Below, piece by piece: positions 1 through 9,061 of a stretch of DNA of 64,000 nt. Under the pieces are notes generated by a model, which did no database searches, had not been told where the DNA came from, and saw only the letters and a list, made by a program, of their open reading frames with translations. Source of the stretch: Patescibacteria group bacterium (GTDB lineage Bacteria > Patescibacteriota > Minisyncoccia > UBA6257 > Colwellbacteraceae); contig JAMCRD010000003.1 in NCBI GenBank assembly GCA_023380475.1, positions 28,397 to 92,396 on the forward strand, read 5' to 3'. The first letter of the stretch is position 1, and each line of letters starts with the position of its first letter. The position numbers and the translations under genes are program-made.

Positions 1-24
1 AGGTTAGAAAACATCGCCGGTTAG
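1..24 (+). CDS. 3' end of an upstream ORF (partial), possibly ribosomal protein L29
   Basis: The frame ...RLENIAG* stops at 22-24, immediately upstream of rpsQ. Its position in the S10/spc-type cluster suggests rpmC, but 7 residues are not diagnostic. Confidence 0.2.
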   Translation, partial: RLENIAG

Positions 25-35
25 AAGGAACGGTT

Positions 36-266
36 GTGTCAGACAAGATGTCGAAGACGCGGGTTGTTGAGGTTGTCCGCTCAAAATTCCACCCCAAATA
101 TCGTAAGCACTACACCGTCAGTTCTAAGTTTAAGGCTCATGACGAGAAGAACGTATACAAAGTCGGCGACCATGTTCTTATTGAGGAAACTAGGCCGATT
201 TCACGCGACAAGTATTTCAGGATTATAGGAAAAGTAGGTGAGACCCCAACTAAAGACAGTGAATAA
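36..266 (+). CDS. rpsQ: 30S ribosomal protein S17
   Basis: The translation KTRVVEVVRSKFHPKYRKHYTVSSKFKAHDEKNVYKVGDHVLIEETRPISRDK matches the uS17 OB-fold pattern. The track start is GTG at 36; an ATG at 48 is an alternative. Confidence 0.9.
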   Translation: MSDKMSKTRVVEVVRSKFHPKYRKHYTVSSKFKAHDEKNVYKVGDHVLIEETRPISRDKYFRIIGKVGETPTKDSE

Positions 267-272
267 ATCAAA

Positions 273-638
273 ATGATCCAGGAACGTTCTATCTTAAAAG
301 TTGCTGATAACTCCGGAGCCAAGGTGGTAAGATGCTTCCGTGTTTTGGGCAGCAGTCGTAAGCGTTACGCACGCTTGGGCGAAACCATCATCGCTTCAGT
401 TCAAGTAGCTGAACCGCGCAAGACCATCAAAAAGAAAGATATTGTTCATGCTTTGGTCATAAGAACCACAGCTCCGATTCGCCGGCGTGACGGCAGTTAT
501 GTTCGTTTCGATGAAAACGCGGTTGTTATAGTCGATAAAAACGAGCCGATAGCTACTCGTATTTTCGGTCCTCTGCCTCGCGAGCTTAAAGAGCTTGGCT
601 ATGATAAGGTTATTTCCTTAGCCCAAGAAATAGTTTAA
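273..638 (+). CDS. rplN: 50S ribosomal protein L14
   Basis: MIQERSILKVADNSGAKVVRCFRVLGSS is a classic uL14 N-terminus. Gene order is S17-L14-L24. Confidence 0.92.
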   Translation: MIQERSILKVADNSGAKVVRCFRVLGSSRKRYARLGETIIASVQVAEPRKTIKKKDIVHALVIRTTAPIRRRDGSYVRFDENAVVIVDKNEPIATRIFGPLPRELKELGYDKVISLAQEIV

Positions 639-643
639 TTACA

Positions 644-952
644 ATGAATATAAAGAAAGGCGATCAAGTTAAGATACTGAAGGGCAAGGACCGAGGTAAA
701 TCGGGTAAGGTTATTAAGGTAAACGTTTCGTACGGCCTGGTGACAGTGGAGGGATTGAACATACATCAGAAAAACGTACGAGCTAAAAATGCCGGCGAGA
801 AGGGGCAAGTGGTCAAATTGCCTACCCCTCTACACGTTTCAAATCTAGCTGTAGTTTGTCCGGCTTGCGGCAAGAGTACCAGAATAGGTTACCGTCGTTC
901 GACTGGTGGCAATAAGGAAAGATATTGTAAACAATGCAACGCAACCATTTAG
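644..952 (+). CDS. rplX: 50S ribosomal protein L24 with a C-terminal CxxC...CxxC zinc-ribbon
   Basis: It has the KOW motif KKGDQVKILKGKDRGKSGKV and lies at the uL24 position. The C-terminal tail is CPACGK...CKQCN. Confidence 0.85.
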   Translation: MNIKKGDQVKILKGKDRGKSGKVIKVNVSYGLVTVEGLNIHQKNVRAKNAGEKGQVVKLPTPLHVSNLAVVCPACGKSTRIGYRRSTGGNKERYCKQCNATI

Positions 953-1413
953 AAAAAATTGTAGTCTCGATAGGCGTAGGTAAGCTTCGCCAAAATCAGC
1001 AGTTTGAAGAGAAGATGCTACCTGCCATAGTAGAAGAGTTGGGGCTTATCACCGGCCAAAAGGCGGCTACACGTTCAGCTAAAAAATCGATAGCGACGTT
1101 TAAGTTGCGTCAAGGCGATATCGTCGGCCTGGTGGCAACGCTTCGCGGTCAGAGAATGGAAGACTTTTTGAAAAGAATGGTTAATGCAGCTCTGCCTCGA
1201 GTACGAGATTTCCGAGGGATAGACCTCAAAAATTTTGACCAGCACGGTAATTTGACAGTAGGCTTCCGCGAGCATACTGTTTTCCCTGAAATAAACGCCG
1301 AGACATCCAAGGTCAACTTTGGATTGGAAGTTACTTTGGTAGCCAATACCAAAAATAAAGAAGAAGGTATATCTTTCTTCCGTAGCTTGGGTCTACCTAT
1401 TAAATCTAACTAA
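934..1413 (+). CDS. rplE: 50S ribosomal protein L5 (N-terminally short)
   Basis: [15 protein letters not shown]...[15 protein letters not shown] and the C-terminal FFRSLGLP fit the uL5 family. It overlaps the L24 stop by 19 nt, so the true start is uncertain. Confidence 0.8.
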   Translation: MQRNHLEKIVVSIGVGKLRQNQQFEEKMLPAIVEELGLITGQKAATRSAKKSIATFKLRQGDIVGLVATLRGQRMEDFLKRMVNAALPRVRDFRGIDLKNFDQHGNLTVGFREHTVFPEINAETSKVNFGLEVTLVANTKNKEEGISFFRSLGLPIKSN

Positions 1414-1418
1414 GTGAA

Positions 1419-1604
1419 ATGGCTAAAACATCAGTGAGAGTCAGAGCAAAGAAGAAACCCAAATATTCCACACGCGTTGTGCGGCGTTGCTGGCGTTGCG
1501 GCCGTAAACGTGGTTATATGCGCGACTTCGGGTTGTGCCGTATATGCTTTAGAGAATTAGCTCAATTGGGTCGCATACCTGGCGTTAAAAAATCTTCTTG
1601 GTAA
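1419..1604 (+). CDS. rpsZ: 30S ribosomal protein S14 type Z (zinc-binding)
   Basis: A 61-aa protein with [20 protein letters not shown] (a C-x2-C-x12-C-x2-C motif), located between L5 and S8. Confidence 0.92.
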   Translation: MAKTSVRVRAKKKPKYSTRVVRRCWRCGRKRGYMRDFGLCRICFRELAQLGRIPGVKKSSW

Positions 1605-1605
1605 C

Positions 1606-1989
1606 ATGATTTACAACGCACTTTCCAGAATCAATAACGGTCTAGCCAGAAAAGTAAGCAGGGTGAAAATCCCATTCTCTAAAGCCGATATGGCGATGTT
1701 GGAGGCTTTGGTCAAATATGGCTATGTGGCGTCAGTCGAGCGTAAGGGACGAGGGGTGAAGAGAATAATTGACGTTAACCTAAAGTACAATGAGGATGGG
1801 CGTTCGGCCATTAAAGGTATTAAGCTTGTCAGCAGGCCATCGCGCCGCGTTTATATGGGTTATCGCGATATAAAACCGTCCCGGCGCGGAAGAGGTCGTT
1901 ATATCATTTCCACTCCAGTGGGCTTAAAGAGTAATCACGATGCACGAAGGGAAAAACTGGGCGGTGAAGTACTTTTTGAAATTTGGTAA
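1606..1989 (+). CDS. rpsH: 30S ribosomal protein S8
   Basis: MIYNALSRINNG...VSTPVGLKSNHDARREKLGGEVLFEIW is a typical uS8 sequence and end. Confidence 0.9.
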   Translation: MIYNALSRINNGLARKVSRVKIPFSKADMAMLEALVKYGYVASVERKGRGVKRIIDVNLKYNEDGRSAIKGIKLVSRPSRRVYMGYRDIKPSRRGRGRYIISTPVGLKSNHDARREKLGGEVLFEIW

Positions 1990-1991
1990 CC

Positions 1992-2555
1992 ATGTCTAAG
2001 ATTGGCAAAAAATTGATAACCATACCCGAGGGGGTCAAGATACAAGTCGTTGACGGCTTGGTTAAGGTTGAAGGATCTAATGGGAACACAGACATGAAAG
2101 TTTTAAAGGGGATTACACTGAAGATTGATGGTAACACTTTGAGTGTGGTGCCTGACAATGAATCCAAGCAAATCCGTAGCAACTGGGGAACCATGCGGGC
2201 TCTTATCCAAAATGCCGTGACTGGTGCCAAAACGGACTTCGGTAAGGAATTAGTTATCGAAGGTATCGGTTTTCGAGCTGAGGTTCAGGGAACTGATTTG
2301 GTATTGAATCTAGGTTTGTCCCACCAGGTTCGTTTCCCAATTCCGATAGGGATAAAGATCGTAACCGAAAAAAATGTCATTAAGATATCCGGTCATGACA
2401 AAGCGCAGGTAGGGGATACCGCCGCCCATATCCGTAAGTTAAAGAAACCAGAACCATATAAAGGCAAGGGTATACACTATGCTAATGAAACAGTACGTCG
2501 CAAGGCTGGTAAGAAAGCAATCAGCACGTCTGGCGGCGGTGCAGCTAAAGGTTAA
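1992..2555 (+). CDS. rplF: 50S ribosomal protein L6
   Basis: MSKIGKKLITIPEGVKIQV...VKVEG is a uL6 N-terminus. The ATG is at 1992; the track lists a TTG start at 1983. Confidence 0.9.
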   Translation: MSKIGKKLITIPEGVKIQVVDGLVKVEGSNGNTDMKVLKGITLKIDGNTLSVVPDNESKQIRSNWGTMRALIQNAVTGAKTDFGKELVIEGIGFRAEVQGTDLVLNLGLSHQVRFPIPIGIKIVTEKNVIKISGHDKAQVGDTAAHIRKLKKPEPYKGKGIHYANETVRRKAGKKAISTSGGGAAKG

Positions 2556-2570
2556 TCTATTTACAAAGCA

Positions 2571-2927
2571 ATGAAACAGAAGCAGAAAAACGTTATTCGC
2601 AAGAGAAGAGCCATAAGAACGAGAACTAAAATCGTGGGCACTGGAGAAATCCCAAGGCTTTCGGTGTTTCGTAGCAATCGTCACATCTATTTGCAATTGA
2701 TTGATGATACCAAAGGGGTGACTGTCCTTTCGGCGTCGACTAAAGTATTAAAACCAACTAAAGGATTAAAGAAGACTGATCAAGCTCAGGCGGTCAGTGA
2801 ACTGTTGGCCGAGAAGGCCAAACAAGCCGGTATAAGATCGGTGGCTTTTGATAGAGGCATGTACCGTTATCACGGTCGAATCAAAGCCGTAGCTGATGTT
2901 ATGCGTAAGGAAGGCATAAAAATATAA
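2571..2927 (+). CDS. rplR: 50S ribosomal protein L18
   Basis: RLSVFRSNRHIYLQLIDDTKGVTVLSAST...AVSELLAEKAKQAGIRSVAFDRGMYRYHGRIKAVAD is a uL18 signature. Confidence 0.9.
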   Translation: MKQKQKNVIRKRRAIRTRTKIVGTGEIPRLSVFRSNRHIYLQLIDDTKGVTVLSASTKVLKPTKGLKKTDQAQAVSELLAEKAKQAGIRSVAFDRGMYRYHGRIKAVADVMRKEGIKI

Positions 2928-2928
2928 A

Positions 2929-3456
2929 ATGAGAGAACCTAGATTAACGGTAAAAGACGAGTTTAAAGACGAGACATTGGAAACAAGGCGTGTCACAAGG
3001 GTTATGGCTGGTGGGAAACGGTTCCGTTTTCGTTCGACTGTTGTTATCGGTGATATGAAAGGCAGAGTCGGTGTGGGCATTGGTAAAGGAGTCGATCTGC
3101 AGCAGTCCATTCAGAAGGCTAGGCATAATGCCAAGAAGAGCCTTATAAGTGTAGCTCTCAAAGAAAACACTATTCCTCACGAAACTTATGCCAAATTCAG
3201 CGCAGCCCGAGTTATCCTTAAACCCGCTCGTCTGGGGCATGGCTTGATGGCTGGAGGCGCTGTACGTATCGTCCTAAAGTTAGCTGGAATTCGTGATGCT
3301 ACAGCTAAATGTTTGGGTACTACCACTAATAAACTGACGACGGCTATGGCTACCATTAAAGCCCTTGAGTCTCTGAGTCTGCCTTACAGCAAGCTCTCAA
3401 ATGCAAAAGAAGGGTTGGTTGAATCGGCCAGCCAAGGTGATAAAGTGAAGGAATAA
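2929..3456 (+). CDS. rpsE: 30S ribosomal protein S5
   Basis: RRVTRVMAGGKRFRFRSTVVIGDMKGRVGVGIGKG shows the uS5 dsRBD and C-terminal domain pattern. Confidence 0.9.
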   Translation: MREPRLTVKDEFKDETLETRRVTRVMAGGKRFRFRSTVVIGDMKGRVGVGIGKGVDLQQSIQKARHNAKKSLISVALKENTIPHETYAKFSAARVILKPARLGHGLMAGGAVRIVLKLAGIRDATAKCLGTTTNKLTTAMATIKALESLSLPYSKLSNAKEGLVESASQGDKVKE

Positions 3457-3743
3457 TGCAGCTACATGATTTAAAACCTAGGCATGCCCGTTTTCTCAAG
3501 AAGCGTGTGGGTCGTGGCGGTAAGCGCGGGACTTTTTCTGGCAGAGGGACCAAGGGCCAGCGTGCTAGAGCTGGACATAAGATTCGTCCAGCCGAGCGAG
3601 ACTTTATCCAGCGCTTGCCTAAACTACGTGGTGTTGGCAATAGGACAAATGGTGTGAGCCAAGCCAGAGAGCTAATGCGGCAGCGTGCCAGACACCGTGC
3701 CTTGCGTATGGCTCGTAAGACCCCCCATGGAAAGAATTCTTAA
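3456..3743 (+). CDS. rplO: 50S ribosomal protein L15 (short, 95 aa)
   Basis: The N-terminus LKPRHARFLKKRVGRGGKRGTFSGRGTKGQ...RLPKLRGVG matches uL15. The C-terminal globular domain is absent, and it follows S5 directly with no L30 gene. Confidence 0.7.
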   Translation: MQLHDLKPRHARFLKKRVGRGGKRGTFSGRGTKGQRARAGHKIRPAERDFIQRLPKLRGVGNRTNGVSQARELMRQRARHRALRMARKTPHGKNS

Positions 3744-4998
3744 TATATTTAGGATAAAAGACCTGCGCAACAAGGTGCTGATAGTGGCAGGTCTCTTGGT
3801 GTGTTCACGAGTACTGGCAGCAATTCCTCTCCCAGGCATTCAGCAAGCTGCCCTGAAAAATTTGTTAGCCGGGAATCAATTACTTGGTTTTCTGAATATA
3901 TTCTCGGGTGGAGCTTTGTCGACCATGTCCATCGCCATGCTCGGTTTGGGGCCGTATATCACCTCTACCATCATCATGCAACTTCTAACAATGGTTTTCC
4001 CTTCATTGAAAGCCATGTATTACGAAGAGGGTGCAGTAGGTAGGTCTAAATTCAACCGTTATACCCGTTATCTGACGGTACCTCTAGCCGTACTACAGTC
4101 TTACGGTTTTCTGCGTTTGCTGGCTTCCCAAGGCGTGATCACTAATCTTAGCCTTGCTCAGGAGATTATAAACGTGATAGTAGCTACAGCTGGCTCGCTT
4201 GTCCTGGTGTGGTTTGGTGAATTGATAACCGAGCAGAAAATAGGCAACGGTATATCACTGCTTATATTTGCCGGCATAGTCGCTGGTTTACCGACATCTT
4301 TCAGGAATGCCATTCTTACTTACACTCCGGGATCTATGCCGTTCTACATATTATTCTTATTGTTGATACTGGCAGTCACTGCTGCCATGGTGCTGATGAA
4401 CGAAGGGGTACGTAAAGTTGCCGTTTCTTACGCTAAACGCATCCGCGGTAACAGGGTTTACGGCGGCGTGTCGACCTACCTGCCTCTGAAAGTAAACCAG
4501 GCCGGCATGATCCCGATCATATTCGCCATATCAGTACTACTGGTTCCCCAGTTTATAGGACAAGTGCTAGCTGGCTTTTCGACACATTTTGCCACGACGA
4601 TTAACAGCTGGGTCAATAGTTTTATGAACAATCAGCTGCTCTACGGCGTAGTTTATTTCGTTTTGGTATTTGCGTTTACTTACTTTTATACAGCTATCAC
4701 CTTCGATCCGAACGAAATTTCTAAGAACTTGCAACGAAGTGGGGGATTTATCCCTGGGCTGAGGCCTGGTGAACCAACAGCGCAATACCTCAGCAAAGTT
4801 ACGTCTCGGATAACCTTTTTTGGAGCGCTATTTTTGGGATTAGTAGCCATCTTGCCGCTGATTATTCAGGCTTTTACTCACACCCAATCTCTGACGATAA
4901 GTGGTGCAGCCATGCTGATCGTCGTTGCAGTGGCTCTTGAGGTAGCTCAGCAGATTGATTCACAGCTTACAGTTCGCGAATACGAGGGCATAAGGTAA
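3727..4998 (+). CDS. secY: preprotein translocase subunit SecY
   Basis: MERILNIFRIKDLRNKVLIVAGLLVCSRVLAAIPLPGI plus 10 TM segments, at the canonical position after L15. The track start at 3685 is probably too early. Confidence 0.9.
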   Translation: MERILNIFRIKDLRNKVLIVAGLLVCSRVLAAIPLPGIQQAALKNLLAGNQLLGFLNIFSGGALSTMSIAMLGLGPYITSTIIMQLLTMVFPSLKAMYYEEGAVGRSKFNRYTRYLTVPLAVLQSYGFLRLLASQGVITNLSLAQEIINVIVATAGSLVLVWFGELITEQKIGNGISLLIFAGIVAGLPTSFRNAILTYTPGSMPFYILFLLLILAVTAAMVLMNEGVRKVAVSYAKRIRGNRVYGGVSTYLPLKVNQAGMIPIIFAISVLLVPQFIGQVLAGFSTHFATTINSWVNSFMNNQLLYGVVYFVLVFAFTYFYTAITFDPNEISKNLQRSGGFIPGLRPGEPTAQYLSKVTSRITFFGALFLGLVAILPLIIQAFTHTQSLTISGAAMLIVVAVALEVAQQIDSQLTVREYEGIR

Positions 4999-5002
4999 AA
5001 TA

Positions 5003-5662
5003 TTGTTGATGAGAGCTGTCATCATCTTTGGTTCCCCCGGCGCCGGCAAGGGTATGCAGGCCACGTTATTGGAACATGCCTACGGTTTTATACATTTTGA
5101 TACTGGTAAATACATCGAGCGGGAAGTTCATGGCCCTCGTGTATCACAGAGCCATACTCTTCGCCACGAACGTAAGTTGTTCGATAGCGGCTTTCTGAAT
5201 ACCCCGTCATGGGCTTTCGGAATTGTTAAGCGTGAAGTAATCAGGATGTCTGAGGCCAGGGAAGACTTAGTGTTCAGCGGTTCGCCTCGGACGCTATTTG
5301 AGACGGAACATTTGGTGCCTTTGCTCGAGCGGCTCTATGGCCGAAAGAATATCAGTTTCTTTCATTTGTCCGTTCCCAAAGAAACTGCCGTCAAGCGTAA
5401 TCTGGCACGTCGGATATGTTCAGTTTGCGGTGCAGTGATTATAGATCCCCGCACTAGTTTCAAACGCTGCCCCATATGCAGAGGCAGGTTGACCAAGCGG
5501 ACTCTGGATAATAAACAAGCTCTGGTAAGACGTTTTGAGCAGTATGTCGATCGTACCAAACCTATCTTTGAATATCTTAAAGGACGCGGCTATAAGATAA
5601 TTAAGATAGATGGAACACCTTCTCCGGAAATCGTGTTTGCCAAGATAAGCAAGCATATTTAG
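5003..5662 (+). CDS. adk: adenylate kinase with a Zn lid
   Basis: It has the P-loop GSPGAGKG. The LID domain reads CSVCGAVI...CPICRG (a C4 zinc motif). Confidence 0.88.
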   Translation: MLMRAVIIFGSPGAGKGMQATLLEHAYGFIHFDTGKYIEREVHGPRVSQSHTLRHERKLFDSGFLNTPSWAFGIVKREVIRMSEAREDLVFSGSPRTLFETEHLVPLLERLYGRKNISFFHLSVPKETAVKRNLARRICSVCGAVIIDPRTSFKRCPICRGRLTKRTLDNKQALVRRFEQYVDRTKPIFEYLKGRGYKIIKIDGTPSPEIVFAKISKHI

Positions 5663-5682
5663 ATTTCTGAGCCATCACGACG

Positions 5683-6450
5683 TTGCTTATGACATCTTAT
5701 GTAAAAACTGAAGAGGAGATCCAGCGCATTCGGCGATCGGCCAAGATATTGGCCGCCGTTCTTCGTAGACTGACCGCGGTTTCTGCTCCAGGGGTTACCC
5801 TGATCGAATTGGATACGATGGCTAGAGGACTTATTGAGACCGCCGGTGGTAAGCCAGCCTTTTTAAACTATCGTCCTTACGGTGCGAGTAAAGGATTCCC
5901 TTTCACTCTTTGCGCTTCAGTAAACAACGTTATCGTGCACGGTCTGCCGTCAGGTTATGCCTTGAAGTCAGGCGACCTATTGAAGTTGGACCTCGGGGTC
6001 GATTGGGAAGGAGGAATAAGCGATTCAGCCATTACGATACCCATAGGGCGAGTAGACAGCGAGGGACTTCGGCTTACTAAAGTTACCAAACTGGCTCTCC
6101 GGGAAGGGATAAGGGCTGCCAAAGATGGCAATAAAATAGGGGATATAGGATTTGCTATCGAGCGGGCTGCCAGCGCCGCTGGGTTCAAGGTAGCCGAAGG
6201 CCTCACGGGCCACGGCGTAGGGAATGAACTACATGAGGAACCTACTATATATAACTATGGCAAGCCGCACACTGGAGTTCCCCTCAAGAACGGCATGGTT
6301 ATAGCCATAGAACCTATGATTAACATCGGCAGCGCGGCGATAAAACAACTCAAAGATGACAGTTACGTAACCGCTGATGGAAGTCTTTCAGCTCACTTTG
6401 AGCATACCGTCCTGATTACTAGAACGGGAGGTGAAGTGCTCAGCGCTTAG
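5683..6450 (+). CDS. map: type I methionine aminopeptidase
   Basis: The peptidase M24 fold has its metal ligand residues in context (D...D...H...E...E). It sits at the canonical position after adk. Confidence 0.85.
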   Translation: MLMTSYVKTEEEIQRIRRSAKILAAVLRRLTAVSAPGVTLIELDTMARGLIETAGGKPAFLNYRPYGASKGFPFTLCASVNNVIVHGLPSGYALKSGDLLKLDLGVDWEGGISDSAITIPIGRVDSEGLRLTKVTKLALREGIRAAKDGNKIGDIGFAIERAASAAGFKVAEGLTGHGVGNELHEEPTIYNYGKPHTGVPLKNGMVIAIEPMINIGSAAIKQLKDDSYVTADGSLSAHFEHTVLITRTGGEVLSA

Positions 6451-7766
6451 TTGGTTATGGTATAGCTGAAAAGTCCTTCTGGAGTAACGTAATAAACGGT
6501 ATCGTTGGCTGCGTTATAGTCAAACTGGCTGACATTGTGCGAAATTATATCGCTGTTTACGGGAGTGCCGGATGCTACTTCGATAAAACTTAAATCACTG
6601 CCCTGCAAGACAAAGAGATGTGAGTTGTCTTTGTACCACTTCAGACTGTTTATGGCCGGACCGGAGTTGATCAAAGTAATGTAACTATCGTTGTTCGTAT
6701 TGTAGACTGACAGTTTACCGTCGTTGTTACCAAAGGCAATGTACTTGGAATCGCCTGAGAAAGCGGTCAAATTGGCGCTGTTGGCAATACCGACGAGACT
6801 ATTGGTACCGGCATCGAACAGGTACAGCTTACCAGTTCTGTTGATAACAGTTATCAAGGATCGCGAAGGGGACTCGTTAAGGCTCACCGGCGAGATAGCG
6901 GTGTCGGTGGCGAACTTTAAGACGGTTGTCGTTGCATTAAGAACTAGGTTATATCTCCACAAACCTGTGTTGTCGGCCCAAATGAGCTGATCGTAACTTG
7001 CAGCGAAATCGGCCACTTTAGTGGCGATCCGGTCAAGCTGCAGGTTAGTTGTATCCATGACATACAGGCCATCTGTGGCGTTTATGATTACGCTAGAGTC
7101 ATCGAAGGGATTAAAAGCTATTTTGCTTATAGCTACTCGTCCCGCTAGATGCAGCTGGGATACTCTAAGTTCCGATAATAACGACGTTAGATTGAGGCTC
7201 GAACTGGCGTTGGATAAATCAACCAGGTGATACGCTGTGCCTGCATTGTTGCTGGTTATAACGCGGCCAGCTTGCGAGGAAGCGACAACCCTGGCCCCCG
7301 GTATTGGGCGGCTATTAAATAAGATTGACCCGTTTTTAATTGTCAGTAGTTGTCCATCGGCTATAGTAAATCCCGTGGCATTCTTACTAATCAACTTGCC
7401 TGAGTTTGTTGTAGGCAGAAGGATTATGTTGTCGAATACAGTTACCTCGCTGGATTTCACCTCAGCTGTTTTCGCCCAAGAAGTGTATCCGTTATCACTG
7501 ATGGTCAGATAGTAACTCCCTGGTACAAGCTCCGAGATCAATGTCCCCGACTGGAGCAGGCCAGACTGGTTCTTGACTGGCTTGCCATCCAAAGTTATGC
7601 TCGCGTCCGAAGGGGTGCTGTTTATATATACGCCTCCAATTACCTGAAACGAACCGGTCTGGAAATCGAAACGCCACCCCTGAGAATATAAGACTATTAT
7701 TGTACCGAGTATCAAAAATACGACTACGAATATATAGAAGAGGAGTCTTCTAGTTCCTAGAGACAT
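6447..7766 (-). CDS. membrane-anchored PEGA-domain and beta-propeller repeat protein
   Basis: The N-terminal TM is LLFYIFVVVFLILGTIIVLY, followed by a PEGA-like stretch DASITLDGKPV...LVPGSYYLTIS. Repeated blades of about 45 aa, each containing L(F/Y)..D, make up the rest. Confidence 0.5.
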   Translation of the reverse strand: MSLGTRRLLFYIFVVVFLILGTIIVLYSQGWRFDFQTGSFQVIGGVYINSTPSDASITLDGKPVKNQSGLLQSGTLISELVPGSYYLTISDNGYTSWAKTAEVKSSEVTVFDNIILLPTTNSGKLISKNATGFTIADGQLLTIKNGSILFNSRPIPGARVVASSQAGRVITSNNAGTAYHLVDLSNASSSLNLTSLLSELRVSQLHLAGRVAISKIAFNPFDDSSVIINATDGLYVMDTTNLQLDRIATKVADFAASYDQLIWADNTGLWRYNLVLNATTTVLKFATDTAISPVSLNESPSRSLITVINRTGKLYLFDAGTNSLVGIANSANLTAFSGDSKYIAFGNNDGKLSVYNTNNDSYITLINSGPAINSLKWYKDNSHLFVLQGSDLSFIEVASGTPVNSDIISHNVSQFDYNAANDTVYYVTPEGLFSYTITN

Positions 7767-7786
7767 TATCCCCTATAATAGGCAAG

Positions 7787-9055
7787 ATGAAATTCGTTGT
7801 AAATGGAGGCAAAGAACTGAACGGCGAGATCGAAGTTCGTGGTTCGAAGAACGCCGCGACCCCCATCATAGCCTCGACCCTTTTGACATCAAGACCCTGC
7901 ATAGTAGAAAACATACCGCTCATAAGCGATGTTTTTACCACTCTCCAGATCCTGGAAAGTATGGGTTCGGAAATAAGCTGGCTAGGCGAAAGAAAAGTAA
8001 GGATAATTAATAGAGACATAGACCCTACCAGAGTTGACCAGCGCTTAGTGCGCAAAATAAGATCTTCCATTCTTATTCTTGGGCCGCTTTTGGCCAGATA
8101 CGGGGAGGTTGTTATAGCCACTCCGGGTGGCTGCCAAATAGGCACACGTTCCATCAGTGCTCACCTTGAAGCCATAAAAGATTTAGGTGGGGTTGTCGCC
8201 TATGATCCTAAAGAGGATCTGTATGAAATAACTAAACCAGTTGGGCAATGGGGTAATGGAGTTGTACTTAAGGAGTTTAGTGTGACGGCCACTGAGAACA
8301 TAATGATGCTGGGAGCGTTGTCTGCCCCACTTAAAATAGAGTTATGCGCCGCTGAGCCTCATGTTCAAGAGTTGGGATATTTTATGAATATTCTAGGGGC
8401 TGACTATCGCGGTCTAGGTACTCACGAGATTGTCATAACCCGCGGCATTGAGAATCGTAACCAAGAAATCAGTCACCGTATCGCAAGCGACTATCTTGAG
8501 GCTGGAACTTTCATGGCTCTGGCGGCGATGATTGGCGACAAGGTCAGGATTAAAAACGTCCCTATCGATTACTTGACCGCTGCTATCCAAAAACTAAGAG
8601 AGTTCGGTGTTTTGCTGAGCATAAGCGGCGACAGTATACTAATCACCGGCGACCGAAAGCGTTTGACAAGCACGAACGTGCAAACCTTGCCGTATCCTGG
8701 CTTCCCAACTGATCTTCAAGCGCAATTTGGAGCCATGGCAACTCAATGTCAGGGTGACAGCCTTATTTTTGACACTCTTTACGAGGGAAGATTAAAATAC
8801 ATTGAAGAGCTAGTTAAAATGGGTGCACGGGCTAAAATTCTTGACCCTCACCGTGCGCTAATATCTGGTCCGACCAAGCTGCACGGAGCCGAAATCGAGA
8901 GCCTCGACCTGCGGGCCGGAGCCACATTGGTTATAGCAGCTTTGGCGGCCAGTGGCGTAAGTTCTTTGGGGGGCATTGAGCAGATTGACCGCGGTTACGA
9001 GCATATTGAAGAACGTTTGAAGTTATTAGGTGCGGAGATAGAAAGAAACAATTAA
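7787..9055 (+). CDS. murA: UDP-N-acetylglucosamine 1-carboxyvinyltransferase
   Basis: MKFVVNGGKELNGEIEVRGSKNAATPIIASTLL is the characteristic MurA N-terminus. Confidence 0.88.
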   Translation: MKFVVNGGKELNGEIEVRGSKNAATPIIASTLLTSRPCIVENIPLISDVFTTLQILESMGSEISWLGERKVRIINRDIDPTRVDQRLVRKIRSSILILGPLLARYGEVVIATPGGCQIGTRSISAHLEAIKDLGGVVAYDPKEDLYEITKPVGQWGNGVVLKEFSVTATENIMMLGALSAPLKIELCAAEPHVQELGYFMNILGADYRGLGTHEIVITRGIENRNQEISHRIASDYLEAGTFMALAAMIGDKVRIKNVPIDYLTAAIQKLREFGVLLSISGDSILITGDRKRLTSTNVQTLPYPGFPTDLQAQFGAMATQCQGDSLIFDTLYEGRLKYIEELVKMGARAKILDPHRALISGPTKLHGAEIESLDLRAGATLVIAALAASGVSSLGGIEQIDRGYEHIEERLKLLGAEIERNN

Positions 9056-9061
9056 ATTTTT

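Noticed and set aside
3685-3726. Upstream extension of secY (MPDTVPCVWLVRPP).
   Set aside because: It overlaps the L15 coding frame. The SecY family N-terminus aligns from MERILNIF at 3727.
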